From positions 1 through 42,914 of the IMG/VR virus record IMGVR_UViG_3300017780_004315: a stretch of DNA of 42,914 nucleotides, one strand, 5' to 3'. This stretch comes from a virus (lineage: Duplodnaviria; Caudoviricetes). The notes under the pieces are model-generated. The model was not told the DNA's origin and searched no databases. It saw only the letters and a list, made by a program, of their open reading frames with translations. How positions within the stretch are numbered: the stretch's first letter is position 1; the number at the start of each line of letters is the position of its first letter. Shown in pieces: positions 34,319 through 42,914 of this stretch. The translations under genes and the position numbers were made by a program.

Positions 34319-36507
34319 GTTCCTCTCCGTGAGTCGCGGAAGGAAAGCATTACTTCCGGGATGTCAGAACTTACGTTCGAAGAATCGGTCACCGACATAT
34401 CAATCCTAATCTGATGAAGTCGCCCAGACCGATTGACAATCCGCTTGCTGCGATCAATACGATCTACGGTGTCTGCGGTAATGGACGACAAGACTTTTGT
34501 TGAGTCCGGCTTGTCGTCAAGCGCGTTGCCGGAGACAACCGACACATCGATCTGCGAAGTCGGGGTTGACAGGTCGTAGAGGTTCGTGTGGATGAGCGCA
34601 TCGCACAGTCTTGTCTCACCCTCGACACCGCTTGCCTGCGCCAAAGAAGAACGCGTCCACGCTTTCATCCTTGGCCCGGTACCGCCAGCGTCAATGGCGG
34701 TTGCTCCGTTGATAAACGAAGGGGCAATGTCGATTACGCGGCCTTGGAAGTTGCTGTCAACAGAATGGATTGCTGACGCGTTGGTGTCGGCAGTAAACGC
34801 AAACATGTGGCGAGGGTTGAAGTTGGTTATCCGACCGAGCCATACGTTTGCTCGCGTGTCGTACACAAACGTTCGCCCGCTAGGTGCGGTCGTGTCTGTT
34901 CCAATGATTGCGTCGGTGGTCTTTGTCGTGTCAAGCCCACCGCACGAGATGATGAGAAATCCACCGGAGACCGCTGTCGTCACCCACGAAGTTCCTTGAA
35001 CGTACGCTCGCATAAGCACGCGCCACTCTTTGCTAATCTTTCCATCCGTAAGGCTTGACACCGCACCATTTTGGTAAGTAAACACCCCTTCTTCGCCTGC
35101 CCAGTACGGGATAGAGCCAGAGACAACGGCAGACCTCAGGTCAATGCACCCAGCGTTGTTTGCAATGCGGGTGATTTCAATGCCAGCGGGGTTCGCCTGA
35201 TCGTAAGTCCCGAACATTCCGTACACGGCGTCAGTCTTTAGTACAAGTAGCGGACCGGGGGACGAAAGGATTGCGACGTTGGGCGAGGCGTCGTACGGGC
35301 CGGGTACGTCGTATGCCCCGCAGAGGTATTCGTTGACTGTGGTGAACCCGGTCACCGCTGTGCTGGAATAACCAGCGTTCCTTGTTGGGTCAATCGGGGC
35401 CACATCACCCGGAGCAATGCTGATGTCGTCTTTCGGAGGGAACACATAGACGCGTGACGGGTACTGACTGACCCCCGTTCCCCAAAGCGAGGCGCGATGG
35501 ACTGCGGCGTCCTTGAACGGGCAACGACGCAGGATTCGGTACGCCGCGTTAGCGAGATTGAAGTTGAGAACGTTAGTGGTTATTGTTGACGAGGTGTTGG
35601 ACACCACCGACCCGATCTGGTGGGGGTCGCCGGTCGTTTCGTTGGCGGGGTTTATTGCAAGCAGCGCGTCGGGTCCGAGGTACGCACCCCCCGCCAAGGG
35701 AACTATCCCGGTAGCAGAAAAGTCTGCCCCCTCAAACGTTGCGACCCCGCTGCTTACAGACGTCATTTTCCCGGCTTCATAGACTGAAACTGCGGGCCAC
35801 GCAAAACCGACCGGAAGTACGTACGCTGTATCAGCGCCGGTTGCCGAGGCTGTGTTGACGTTTCTTATTGTTTCCAACGTAAACGTCGTAGTTCCGTTTG
35901 TTTGGATTACGCGAGAAGACAACGTTGGATGCTGCGTTCGGGCCATCGTGCCGCCAAACGGGGTGAACGTAAAGAACGCGCCCTTCTCCAGTCCGGGCGG
36001 GACAACAACAGGAGACGATCCAGTTATTGTTTGCGAGCCAACAGGCAACGAAAACGCAGCAGTGCTTATCTGGCCAAGAGAAAGGTACGGAAGAGTGCTC
36101 CCGCCGTACCTAAGCAGCGGAGTTTTCCCATCCTGCGCACAAAGGATCAAGTCCCCGTTGTACACGCACCTTGGGACAAAGTAGGTGCTTGCGCCGGATG
36201 GGTTATCCCAGAGAAGAATCTGAGTTCCGTCTTCGTCAGTGACGTACGCCTTCCCGTCGCTAGAGCACGCAACAGTTCGCGTCCGTTCAGTAACCGGGAA
36301 CCGTGTCCGAGCAATCCCGGTCAGGTACACCGGGCTGCTGACTACAGGGCTGGTACCCCGAAACTCCCAGCCGCGTCTCTGTTGCGCAATCCCAACAGGG
36401 GCCGCAACGTCCTGAGCAAACGCCGTCTCACTCTCCTCCAGCGCGTAGTCAGGGACATCTGACCGGTAGCCGCCAGCGAAGGGACGCGGGATAGCAATCC
36501 TGCGCAT
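34315..36507 (-). CDS. Tail nozzle / head-stabilisation protein (P22 gp10 / T7 gp12-like)
   Basis: 730 aa, beta-rich, F.GG N-terminus, GCI...S motif, directly after the adaptor. Confidence 0.75.
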   Translation of the reverse strand: MRRIAIPRPFAGGYRSDVPDYALEESETAFAQDVAAPVGIAQQRRGWEFRGTSPVVSSPVYLTGIARTRFPVTERTRTVACSSDGKAYVTDEDGTQILLWDNPSGASTYFVPRCVYNGDLILCAQDGKTPLLRYGGSTLPYLSLGQISTAAFSLPVGSQTITGSSPVVVPPGLEKGAFFTFTPFGGTMARTQHPTLSSRVIQTNGTTTFTLETIRNVNTASATGADTAYVLPVGFAWPAVSVYEAGKMTSVSSGVATFEGADFSATGIVPLAGGAYLGPDALLAINPANETTGDPHQIGSVVSNTSSTITTNVLNFNLANAAYRILRRCPFKDAAVHRASLWGTGVSQYPSRVYVFPPKDDISIAPGDVAPIDPTRNAGYSSTAVTGFTTVNEYLCGAYDVPGPYDASPNVAILSSPGPLLVLKTDAVYGMFGTYDQANPAGIEITRIANNAGCIDLRSAVVSGSIPYWAGEEGVFTYQNGAVSSLTDGKISKEWRVLMRAYVQGTSWVTTAVSGGFLIISCGGLDTTKTTDAIIGTDTTAPSGRTFVYDTRANVWLGRITNFNPRHMFAFTADTNASAIHSVDSNFQGRVIDIAPSFINGATAIDAGGTGPRMKAWTRSSLAQASGVEGETRLCDALIHTNLYDLSTPTSQIDVSVVSGNALDDKPDSTKVLSSITADTVDRIDRSKRIVNRSGRLHQIRIDMSVTDSSNVSSDIPEVMLSFRDSRRGT

Positions 36508-37209
36508 CTATGTTCCCAAGATTGATTCGTTGTTCCACCCCGGAGAAATAACCCGGAACGTCGGGACGCTTGCGGTTGCAAGCGCGGTCCGCATCTCCCT
36601 GAAGGCTTTCTCGTATTCGTTTGTGTATCGGTCTGCTTCGACGGCAGCGTCACTTCCGCCTTCCTGTCGAAGCAGGCGGGCGCACGCGTAGGGGACGAGG
36701 ATGCGCGTGCGCCACGCCAGTGGAAGCAGCGGGATGTCAACGTCTGCCGTCATCTCCGTGGCTTGCATGTTGTAGAACATTCCGATGACGTACGCTTCGT
36801 CAGGATTGGGGAAGAAGCGGATGCGCCTATCCCACTTGGAGAACATCGTCGGCTCTCCGTCTGTCTCGTTGTCCTGAGTGCTGTACGAGATTCGTTCAAG
36901 CGAAAGCCACGACATCGATTCAAGAGTCCAGCCACCATCGCCGGAGTCCATCGTCAGCATGTGGATTTCTTCGATCGTAGTTGCGAGCGCAGCAGCGATT
37001 GAGTCATACGTATATACGTCTTGGCCAGCCTGCACAACGAACTGGCCCTCTTTCTCCAGCCACACCCATGGGTCACCGGATGCTGCTATCGAAACGTATG
37101 CCTCGTTGATTGCTTCCTTTGCCCGAGCGACGTCAAACGCGTCGGTGAGATCACGGCGTGAGCCGTAGATCGCCTTCGAGTAAAGGTCGAGGAAGTCCCC
37201 GCTAGCCAT
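36508..37209 (-). CDS. Head-tail adaptor (tail tubular protein A-like)
   Basis: AINEAY...W.WL...GQDVY...GEP.....RIRFFPNPD..Y...PLLP pattern. Confidence 0.8.
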   Translation of the reverse strand: MASGDFLDLYSKAIYGSRRDLTDAFDVARAKEAINEAYVSIAASGDPWVWLEKEGQFVVQAGQDVYTYDSIAAALATTIEEIHMLTMDSGDGGWTLESMSWLSLERISYSTQDNETDGEPTMFSKWDRRIRFFPNPDEAYVIGMFYNMQATEMTADVDIPLLPLAWRTRILVPYACARLLRQEGGSDAAVEADRYTNEYEKAFREMRTALATASVPTFRVISPGWNNESILGT

Positions 37210-37684
37210 CGTTTGCTACTGCTGAAGGGACGAGGATTGAGTCATTGCGACCAAGGTCTTTCTTCCTGAACGTCCACACGAACTCCTCTGCGTTTGCCAT
37301 GTTCTCTTCGACAACGCGCAACCGCTTTGCTTCCTCTTCAAGAACCCACATACGCTGCTGTGCCTTGCGCCAGCGAGGGAGGTCTTGGCATCGGAACGCA
37401 TCCGAACTCTGCTGCTCGTCAAGAACACGGGCATCAGGCTCGGCGGCGAGAGGCTCGGCGGTGTCCTTATCCTGAAGACGACGGGCGATCACCCAAATGT
37501 GACCGCCGCCGTCAAGAGGATTGGCAATCCGGCGAGCGAGGCCCAGATGACCGGTGTCATTCTGCCGGGCAAGCCGGGCCTCGCTGTCGTACTCAGTCAC
37601 TCTCTTCGAGATGTCGTAGAGGTCTTCTTCTACGAATCTCCAGTCTTCGTACATAACTGAGCCGATTGGATCGCCGAGTTTCAT
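37202..37684 (-). CDS. Head-module hypothetical protein
   Basis: 160 aa, coupled between capsid-associated genes. Confidence 0.7.
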   Translation of the reverse strand: MKLGDPIGSVMYEDWRFVEEDLYDISKRVTEYDSEARLARQNDTGHLGLARRIANPLDGGGHIWVIARRLQDKDTAEPLAAEPDARVLDEQQSSDAFRCQDLPRWRKAQQRMWVLEEEAKRLRVVEENMANAEEFVWTFRKKDLGRNDSILVPSAVANDG

Positions 37685-38014
37685 CTAGTTACCGAAAGCA
37701 ATGAATCGAGTGGTAACAGAAGAAAGGTCAGTCGTTGAAGCAACCTCAACTCCGGGAGCACCGCCAGCAGGAATGGAGCCGCCCTTCGTTGGGTTGAACA
37801 CCTTCAACTTCGCGTTGGCGTAGTCGTACTCAAAGATGTATCCACTGGCCGGAGCGCACTGGATAAACTCAATGGAGGAGGAAAGGCCCACATCAGTAGA
37901 GATGAGTGCCTCGCCCCCTGTTGCGTACGACGAGTCAAGGGTGATGGTTCCCGTTACCAACTTGACATAGCGACCAACGGTATCGGTCCGCGACTTACTG
38001 ACAGAAACCGCCAT
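37685..38014 (-). CDS. Capsid decoration / minor head protein
   Basis: ITLDSSYATGGE...GY.FEYD....KLKVF...EVASTTDLS directly after the capsid gene. Confidence 0.75.
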   Translation of the reverse strand: MAVSVSKSRTDTVGRYVKLVTGTITLDSSYATGGEALISTDVGLSSSIEFIQCAPASGYIFEYDYANAKLKVFNPTKGGSIPAGGAPGVEVASTTDLSSVTTRFIAFGN

Positions 38015-38016
38015 GG

Positions 38017-39321
38017 CTAGTACGAACCAGCGACTTCGGCAATGTCGGCAAGCAGCGCGTGGTCACGCGGGCGAGTCGTCATCATTCCGAGGAAGCCATC
38101 GAGGTACGCCACGACAGATGCGCTGTGACCCTGACCGCTCGAAGCGTTCTTCAGGAAGAACTCCGAACCGCCAAGGTTCACGAAGTTGAGCAGATCGCCC
38201 GGCTTCGTGTGCTTCGGACGCACAAACTTCAGTGAGTCCTTCTTCAGCATGTACACGCTGTTGCGTGGGCAACGTGCCCCACGGTAGAGCGGAACACCCA
38301 GCATCTCCAGCGGTCGGCCAAAGCCGATGTCGGGAGTGCTTTCCAGCGTGTAACGCAGACCCGGCGTGATGATCTGGTGGTACGCGGTGTAGGTACCGAA
38401 CGAACCAAAGGCAGCGTAGTCACCAGTGGGCTGACGTCCAGCGCGACGAGCAATCTTGTTCATCGTCTGGTGGATCAGTTCCTCGGTAAGCGGACGCAGG
38501 GTTCCCGAGTTGCTGAGAGTGACAGCCTGCCAGTAGCCCTTGCCAGAGGCAGAGCGGTCGATACCCATGTAGGTACCGGTGTTCGAAACAGCAGCCTTGA
38601 TGCCAGCGAACTCCAGCGAGTTGAACGCACCGCCCGATGCCCACGTACCGGCGCGGACAACAACTCCAGCGGAGGTAGCAGAGGTCATCGAAGTCGAGCA
38701 GGTCAGCACGTTGGTGGACTCGTTGACGTCGCTCACAGTGAAGTTTGCGACCTGAACGGCACCAGTCGTACCGTGCACCACGTTGTAGCGTGCGCGGTTA
38801 GCGTCGTCAACCCAGAGGTAACGGTCTCGGTCAATCTGAGCCGTCGAGGTTGCGTCAAGGGTAATCGTGCTACCAGTCGAAGAAGCAACGTTGGCAAGAA
38901 CGCCAGTACCGTCGCCCCAAGCCTGACGCTCAATGTCCGAAGACATCGACTCCTTGGCGGCGCTCATCTTCTCGGCCATGACCGGGACCGCTGCGGCCTC
39001 GGTTGACTCAAGAAGTGCCATCTCCTCCATAGTGAAGGACACAGCGTGCGCAAGATGCGCGAGGCTCATAGAAGCCTCGTCGTACGTGGGATCACCCGGA
39101 TCGGGGTAATCGCCGCCCTGCGAGATGGTTGACTGCCCGAGCGAATCACCGATGCGCAACTTCAGGTACGAACGACGACCCTCAATGTCAACGGTGACAC
39201 GGCTGTCTGCAAACGAACCAAGCCAACCGAGCAACGTGCCCGGCTCACTAAGCAGTTCGTAGTTCAGCCCCGGAAGCCAGACATCCTTCGCAAATGCGGA
39301 AGATGAGGAATACAGAGACAT
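38017..39321 (-). CDS. Major capsid protein
   Basis: 434 aa after the scaffold; AGGAG RBS; ERQAWGDGTG and TYMGIDRS...YWQ motifs, with an inserted beta domain. Confidence 0.85.
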   Translation of the reverse strand: MSLYSSSSAFAKDVWLPGLNYELLSEPGTLLGWLGSFADSRVTVDIEGRRSYLKLRIGDSLGQSTISQGGDYPDPGDPTYDEASMSLAHLAHAVSFTMEEMALLESTEAAAVPVMAEKMSAAKESMSSDIERQAWGDGTGVLANVASSTGSTITLDATSTAQIDRDRYLWVDDANRARYNVVHGTTGAVQVANFTVSDVNESTNVLTCSTSMTSATSAGVVVRAGTWASGGAFNSLEFAGIKAAVSNTGTYMGIDRSASGKGYWQAVTLSNSGTLRPLTEELIHQTMNKIARRAGRQPTGDYAAFGSFGTYTAYHQIITPGLRYTLESTPDIGFGRPLEMLGVPLYRGARCPRNSVYMLKKDSLKFVRPKHTKPGDLLNFVNLGGSEFFLKNASSGQGHSASVVAYLDGFLGMMTTRPRDHALLADIAEVAGSY

Positions 39322-39477
39322 AGTTGAAGAATCTCCTAGATATGGAAAATGGAATGGAAAGCAAGCGCACGTAGTGCGCCCTACTTATGTCCACACCGTC
39401 CTCCCGAAGATTCTCTTCGCCAGAGCCGACGCCGTGCTTGCGATAAGAGTACCACAAGCACGGCGTCACTAAGTGTG
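39322..39477 (-). promoter_or_regulatory. Structured leader / promoter of the capsid gene
   Basis: 13-bp perfect stem at 39428-39467 with TGgTACTCT inside, two further hairpins, and TTCCAT x3 before the RBS. Confidence 0.55.
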
Positions 39478-40257
39478 CTAGAAACCCGGACCGTTGCTGT
39501 AACGGGATTCCATGATCTTCTGCGCCTCAGCAAGACTACGGGGCGGCTGATCCGGGGATGCAGCAAACCCGCTAGGTGCGGAAGTCTGCGGAGCGCGTCC
39601 CTGCTGCTGTGCGTAGTTGGCAAGCGAGTTACGACGCCATTCGTCGAAGTCGCTGTACGCCTGACTTACGGCGTTTCCAATCGGCTGGTTTGCCTGCAAG
39701 TACTCAGCAGCACGCGGTGCAATGAACTGAAGGTCAACGTCAGAAAGATTGTTATCACTTCTCAGCCTGTCCATCTCCCCACGAAACTCGTCGAACTGCT
39801 GTCGCTCCTGATACTGCTGTTCCATTTCGGAGAAACGCTGGTCCAAAACCGATTCGATGTCCTGCTGCCAGACACCCCGAAGGTAGTTGGGGTCAACACC
39901 CGGCGACGAGTCGTATCCGACAGGCGCTTCGCCCCCATACTCAGGAGCGTACGACGGTTCTGAGTACTGCTGCTCTTGGTACTGCGAATCGTCGTTTCCG
40001 AACGGGTCGTTCTTCGCCTGCCAGTACAGGTTCGCCGCCTCAGTAACCTCGTTGAGACTCATGCCCTCTGGGATTTCGTTTCCCTGAAGCATCCGCTCAA
40101 TAAGATACGGACGCTGGTCACGGTCGCCGAGCGCGTTCCATCCGTCCCAAGCGTTACGAACGTCGGCGGGGTCGTACTGGTCCGGGTCAAACCCGGCCTG
40201 CTGCCACGTGTCCCACGGGTTTACCTGCTCGCCCTGCTGCTCTTCGGCGTCACTCAT
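39478..40257 (-). CDS. Scaffolding protein
   Basis: Acidic, Q-rich, helical; between portal and capsid genes; likely start ATG 40257 after GAGGAGG. Confidence 0.75.
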   Translation of the reverse strand: MSDAEEQQGEQVNPWDTWQQAGFDPDQYDPADVRNAWDGWNALGDRDQRPYLIERMLQGNEIPEGMSLNEVTEAANLYWQAKNDPFGNDDSQYQEQQYSEPSYAPEYGGEAPVGYDSSPGVDPNYLRGVWQQDIESVLDQRFSEMEQQYQERQQFDEFRGEMDRLRSDNNLSDVDLQFIAPRAAEYLQANQPIGNAVSQAYSDFDEWRRNSLANYAQQQGRAPQTSAPSGFAASPDQPPRSLAEAQKIMESRYSNGPGF

Positions 40258-40510
40258 TGCCAGCCTCCTCACCATCGTTGTTCTCACCGTCGAAGTCTCT
40301 GATGAGTTGCATCTCGTCATCTACATGGTTTGGCAGGGAAGGCGGATCAACCACCGGCATATCAACGTGCTCGTAGATAATCATCCCCGCTTTCGCAAGG
40401 TTCTCTCGAACCTCACGTGGGTACATAAGCCCACGGTCTGCCGTTGCAAGGATTGCTGCAACGTCCTTCTCGAATCCGGGGCCAAAGCCCCGCTCTACGT
40501 CACTACTCAC
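40250..40510 (-). CDS. Small acidic hypothetical protein
   Basis: GTGA overlap with the portal stop; 86 aa. Confidence 0.65.
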   Translation of the reverse strand: MSSDVERGFGPGFEKDVAAILATADRGLMYPREVRENLAKAGMIIYEHVDMPVVDPPSLPNHVDDEMQLIRDFDGENNDGEEAGNE

Positions 40511-42729
40511 ATCGTCCCCGCAATCGTTTGACTACTCATTCCCTTGTCCTTTGGAGGAGAAGGCTGTCCCTTCGGCGCAGGTGCAGAACCCCGACCCTGC
40601 GTCATCTCTGGTGGGGTCTGTGCACCCATTGCCGTGAGTGTCCCCGCCAGCATCTTCTTGTGGTCGGCAGCGTGCTCACGAGCAGCCTGCTTGACAAGAG
40701 GATGAATAGCGTCGTATCCGTCAGATAGACGCCAAAGGTCAAGTGCCCGGAGGTGGCCAGCGTGGTCGTCGAAGTCCTCGACAGTGGGGACTGAGACGCC
40801 AGCATCTCTCAGGTATGTAAGGAGGGAAGGTGGGCTGATCCCCGACTGGCCAAGAACGGCAATCGGGTCTTGCCCGGTTGCGGCTGCCATGTTGATCGCC
40901 TGCGTGTACTGAGCCTGAGTCTGCGAGAAGTCCATCCACACCTGATCCCGCTCCTGCAACTTGCCGAGCGCACCGATCTGACGGTTCTCGCGCTTCTGCT
41001 TGTCGCGCTGCGAGGTCTCGGACGAAAGGAACTCGTCGTAAGAACCTTCGATGAATCGTGCGACATACGGACGAATATCATTTCCGATAAGTGGCGCAAG
41101 TTGCATCAACGTCTGGAACTGGAGCGCCCTGCTCTTCGGGAGGATTGATGCAGTGATCCGTACGTCTTCTGCATCGCGGATCATCTCTCCAACGAACGCA
41201 GTCAGTTCCTCTCCGTCCTCAACGCCAGCAGTCTGGACGAGGCGCGGGATAACGTAGTACTGACGTACGAGACGCAGCGAACGGGAAAGCCCCCACTCAA
41301 TCGTCGCAGCGACCTGTGACGCGGTGCCGGACAACTGCGTCTCTGAGTTCTGCGCCAGCGTCTGGATACCGATAGCCGAGTCAACCTGACCGGGCTGAAC
41401 GCCACGAAGCGCATCACTCTGGTTTGCAATCTCTGCCATCTGCTGAACGCACCACTGAAGGTGGTTCGTAAGGATTGCGACAGGCTCACTTGGCGTGGGC
41501 ATGAAGTGCGGGTCACCGATGGGGTGTACTTCGGTGTAGCCCTTCTCGTTGTACAACTCCTGCCCACGGATAGAACCTACCGGGACAAGGACGGGCGGTC
41601 GTGCGACCTTCTCCATCCAGTCAGAGAGAAGGGAAAGAATCCTGTTGAAGCGAATCTGGATTGGGCGCAACTCGTCAACCGTGCCACGGCAGCGCATGTA
41701 GTGGCCACCGTCCGGCTTCGGGTTGAACGGGCGGTACGGGAGGTCGTAGTCGGCGTACTCCTCAACGATGAGCGGCTGGCCCGGTGCACGGTCAAGCCAC
41801 TTCGCGTGGCACCCCTTTGGCCACTCTGCGCTTGGCCGCACAAACATCTCGTGGATGATGTACTCCTCGCTGCCCGGAACAATCTTGTCTCCAATGTTCC
41901 CTTCGTCCTCGGAAACAACTGGACCGATTGACAGGTCTGCTGGGCGTGGGCTACCAGAACGGTTGCTCTGCTCATGCAGCATCTTGTCGATGTCAACTTT
42001 GTTCTCCAACTCAATCTTTGCGCGAGGGAGAACCCGCGACTCAATGATCCAGTTGACGTCCTTCCAGTGAGTCGCTGACGGGTCGGTCGCAATCGCGCCG
42101 GGTCGTACGACACGCCAGACAACCTCGCCCATCCTGACCCGCTGGTCCTTCCACAGCGTTCCGCCAGTTGCGTCCTGCATAGTGAGCGCCTCGTATTGCT
42201 CACGTGACGCGATTGGCTGGCCGGACTGATCGACATAGATGACGGTCTCTTCCCCACAGTGCGGGTCAAAGATCACGCTAAGGAACGACACGCCGTCAAT
42301 CTCGCCCGTAAGCACCATTTCGCGGAGTGCAGAGTCAACGCCCCAACCTCGCTCGCCCCACTTTGCAGCGATGAGTTTCTGCGCCTGACGCGCAGCGTCG
42401 ATTACCTGCTGCTCCCTGCTCTTCGGCACGACTTCATACGGAGGGCGCTGACCGGTAAGCGTTGACACGCGACCGTCGGTCATCTGACGCAGGCGGTTGA
42501 ACGTGTCACGCTTGCGTCCGTTTACCCCGTCAGTAAGAACCTCCAGACGACCAGAGGAGAACCCGGAGCCGGGACGCGCCCGTACCCACTGGTCTCCACG
42601 GTAGATCATCCTGTTCTGCTGCCAACGGCTACGTTCCTTGCGAGAAATGTTCTTGCCCTGCGTAACCATCCGCGCAATCTTCGTGGCCGCTTCGCCCTTA
42701 CCGGTGTAGTACCCGCTCCAAGAAGCCAT
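40507..42729 (-). CDS. Portal protein (P22-like)
   Basis: 740 aa upstream of scaffold and capsid; YRGDQW, LRPIQIRFNR and SAIGIQTL motifs; GGAG RBS. Confidence 0.85.
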   Translation of the reverse strand: MASWSGYYTGKGEAATKIARMVTQGKNISRKERSRWQQNRMIYRGDQWVRARPGSGFSSGRLEVLTDGVNGRKRDTFNRLRQMTDGRVSTLTGQRPPYEVVPKSREQQVIDAARQAQKLIAAKWGERGWGVDSALREMVLTGEIDGVSFLSVIFDPHCGEETVIYVDQSGQPIASREQYEALTMQDATGGTLWKDQRVRMGEVVWRVVRPGAIATDPSATHWKDVNWIIESRVLPRAKIELENKVDIDKMLHEQSNRSGSPRPADLSIGPVVSEDEGNIGDKIVPGSEEYIIHEMFVRPSAEWPKGCHAKWLDRAPGQPLIVEEYADYDLPYRPFNPKPDGGHYMRCRGTVDELRPIQIRFNRILSLLSDWMEKVARPPVLVPVGSIRGQELYNEKGYTEVHPIGDPHFMPTPSEPVAILTNHLQWCVQQMAEIANQSDALRGVQPGQVDSAIGIQTLAQNSETQLSGTASQVAATIEWGLSRSLRLVRQYYVIPRLVQTAGVEDGEELTAFVGEMIRDAEDVRITASILPKSRALQFQTLMQLAPLIGNDIRPYVARFIEGSYDEFLSSETSQRDKQKRENRQIGALGKLQERDQVWMDFSQTQAQYTQAINMAAATGQDPIAVLGQSGISPPSLLTYLRDAGVSVPTVEDFDDHAGHLRALDLWRLSDGYDAIHPLVKQAAREHAADHKKMLAGTLTAMGAQTPPEMTQGRGSAPAPKGQPSPPKDKGMSSQTIAGTM

Positions 42730-42731
42730 TG

Positions 42732-42818
42732 CTATCTCCCGCTACCAGAGGTCGGTGTCCCAGAAGGTCCGTTACGTCCTCCGTGTCCGGGGAACAAAGA
42801 TGAAAGAAAGATAATCAT
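42732..42818 (-). CDS. Micro-ORF, 28 aa (MIIFLSSLFPGHGGRNGPSGTPTSGSGR), not in the ORF track
   Basis: TGATG overlap with the stop of the 204-aa gene; its TAG is 2 nt before the portal ATG. Confidence 0.6.
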   Translation of the reverse strand: MIIFLSSLFPGHGGRNGPSGTPTSGSGR

Positions 42819-42914
42819 CAGAAAGGTGTTGGTGTTCCTCCGCTACCAGTTCTTCCGCTGCTTGCGCTAACTGGAGAGCCGTACTCTCGCCCCGGAAGTC
42901 TTACAGACATTGAC
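42792..42914. repeat. Terminal direct repeat, copy 2
   Basis: Identical to 1-123. Confidence 0.95.

Noticed and set aside
27484-42729. Stop-codon reassignment
   Set aside because: Genes are full length in the standard code, and TAA, TAG and TGA all end genes at coupled junctions.

Overview
The window is an apparently complete, circularly assembled tailed-phage genome of about 42,791 bp; bases 1-123 repeat exactly at 42792-42914. It is GC-rich and looks podovirus-like: portal, scaffold, capsid, adaptor, nozzle and large ejection-type proteins, with no tape measure. The host is probably an actinomycete, judging from a secreted Rpf-like transglycosylase, TAGGCT/TACCAT -10 boxes and a leaderless gene. 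One tightly coupled minus-strand arm of about 32 kb starts at 8872 and runs through basic proteins and fibre genes, across the origin, then portal, capsid, tail, lysis and replication genes, ending at a TerS-like gene at 19204. One plus-strand block of about 10 kb (8941-18963) starts with TerL, carries early genes under three related promoters plus a MoxR AAA/vWA pair, and ends in a serine recombinase followed by a candidate multi-stem RNA. Main leads: the recombinase-bounded block that separates TerL from TerS, the candidate ncRNAs, a conserved 41-bp early promoter, a 4.2-kb island of very basic proteins, two unannotated micro-ORFs, and apparent avoidance of AGCT. All calls come from reading motifs by eye; no database searches or folding programs were run.
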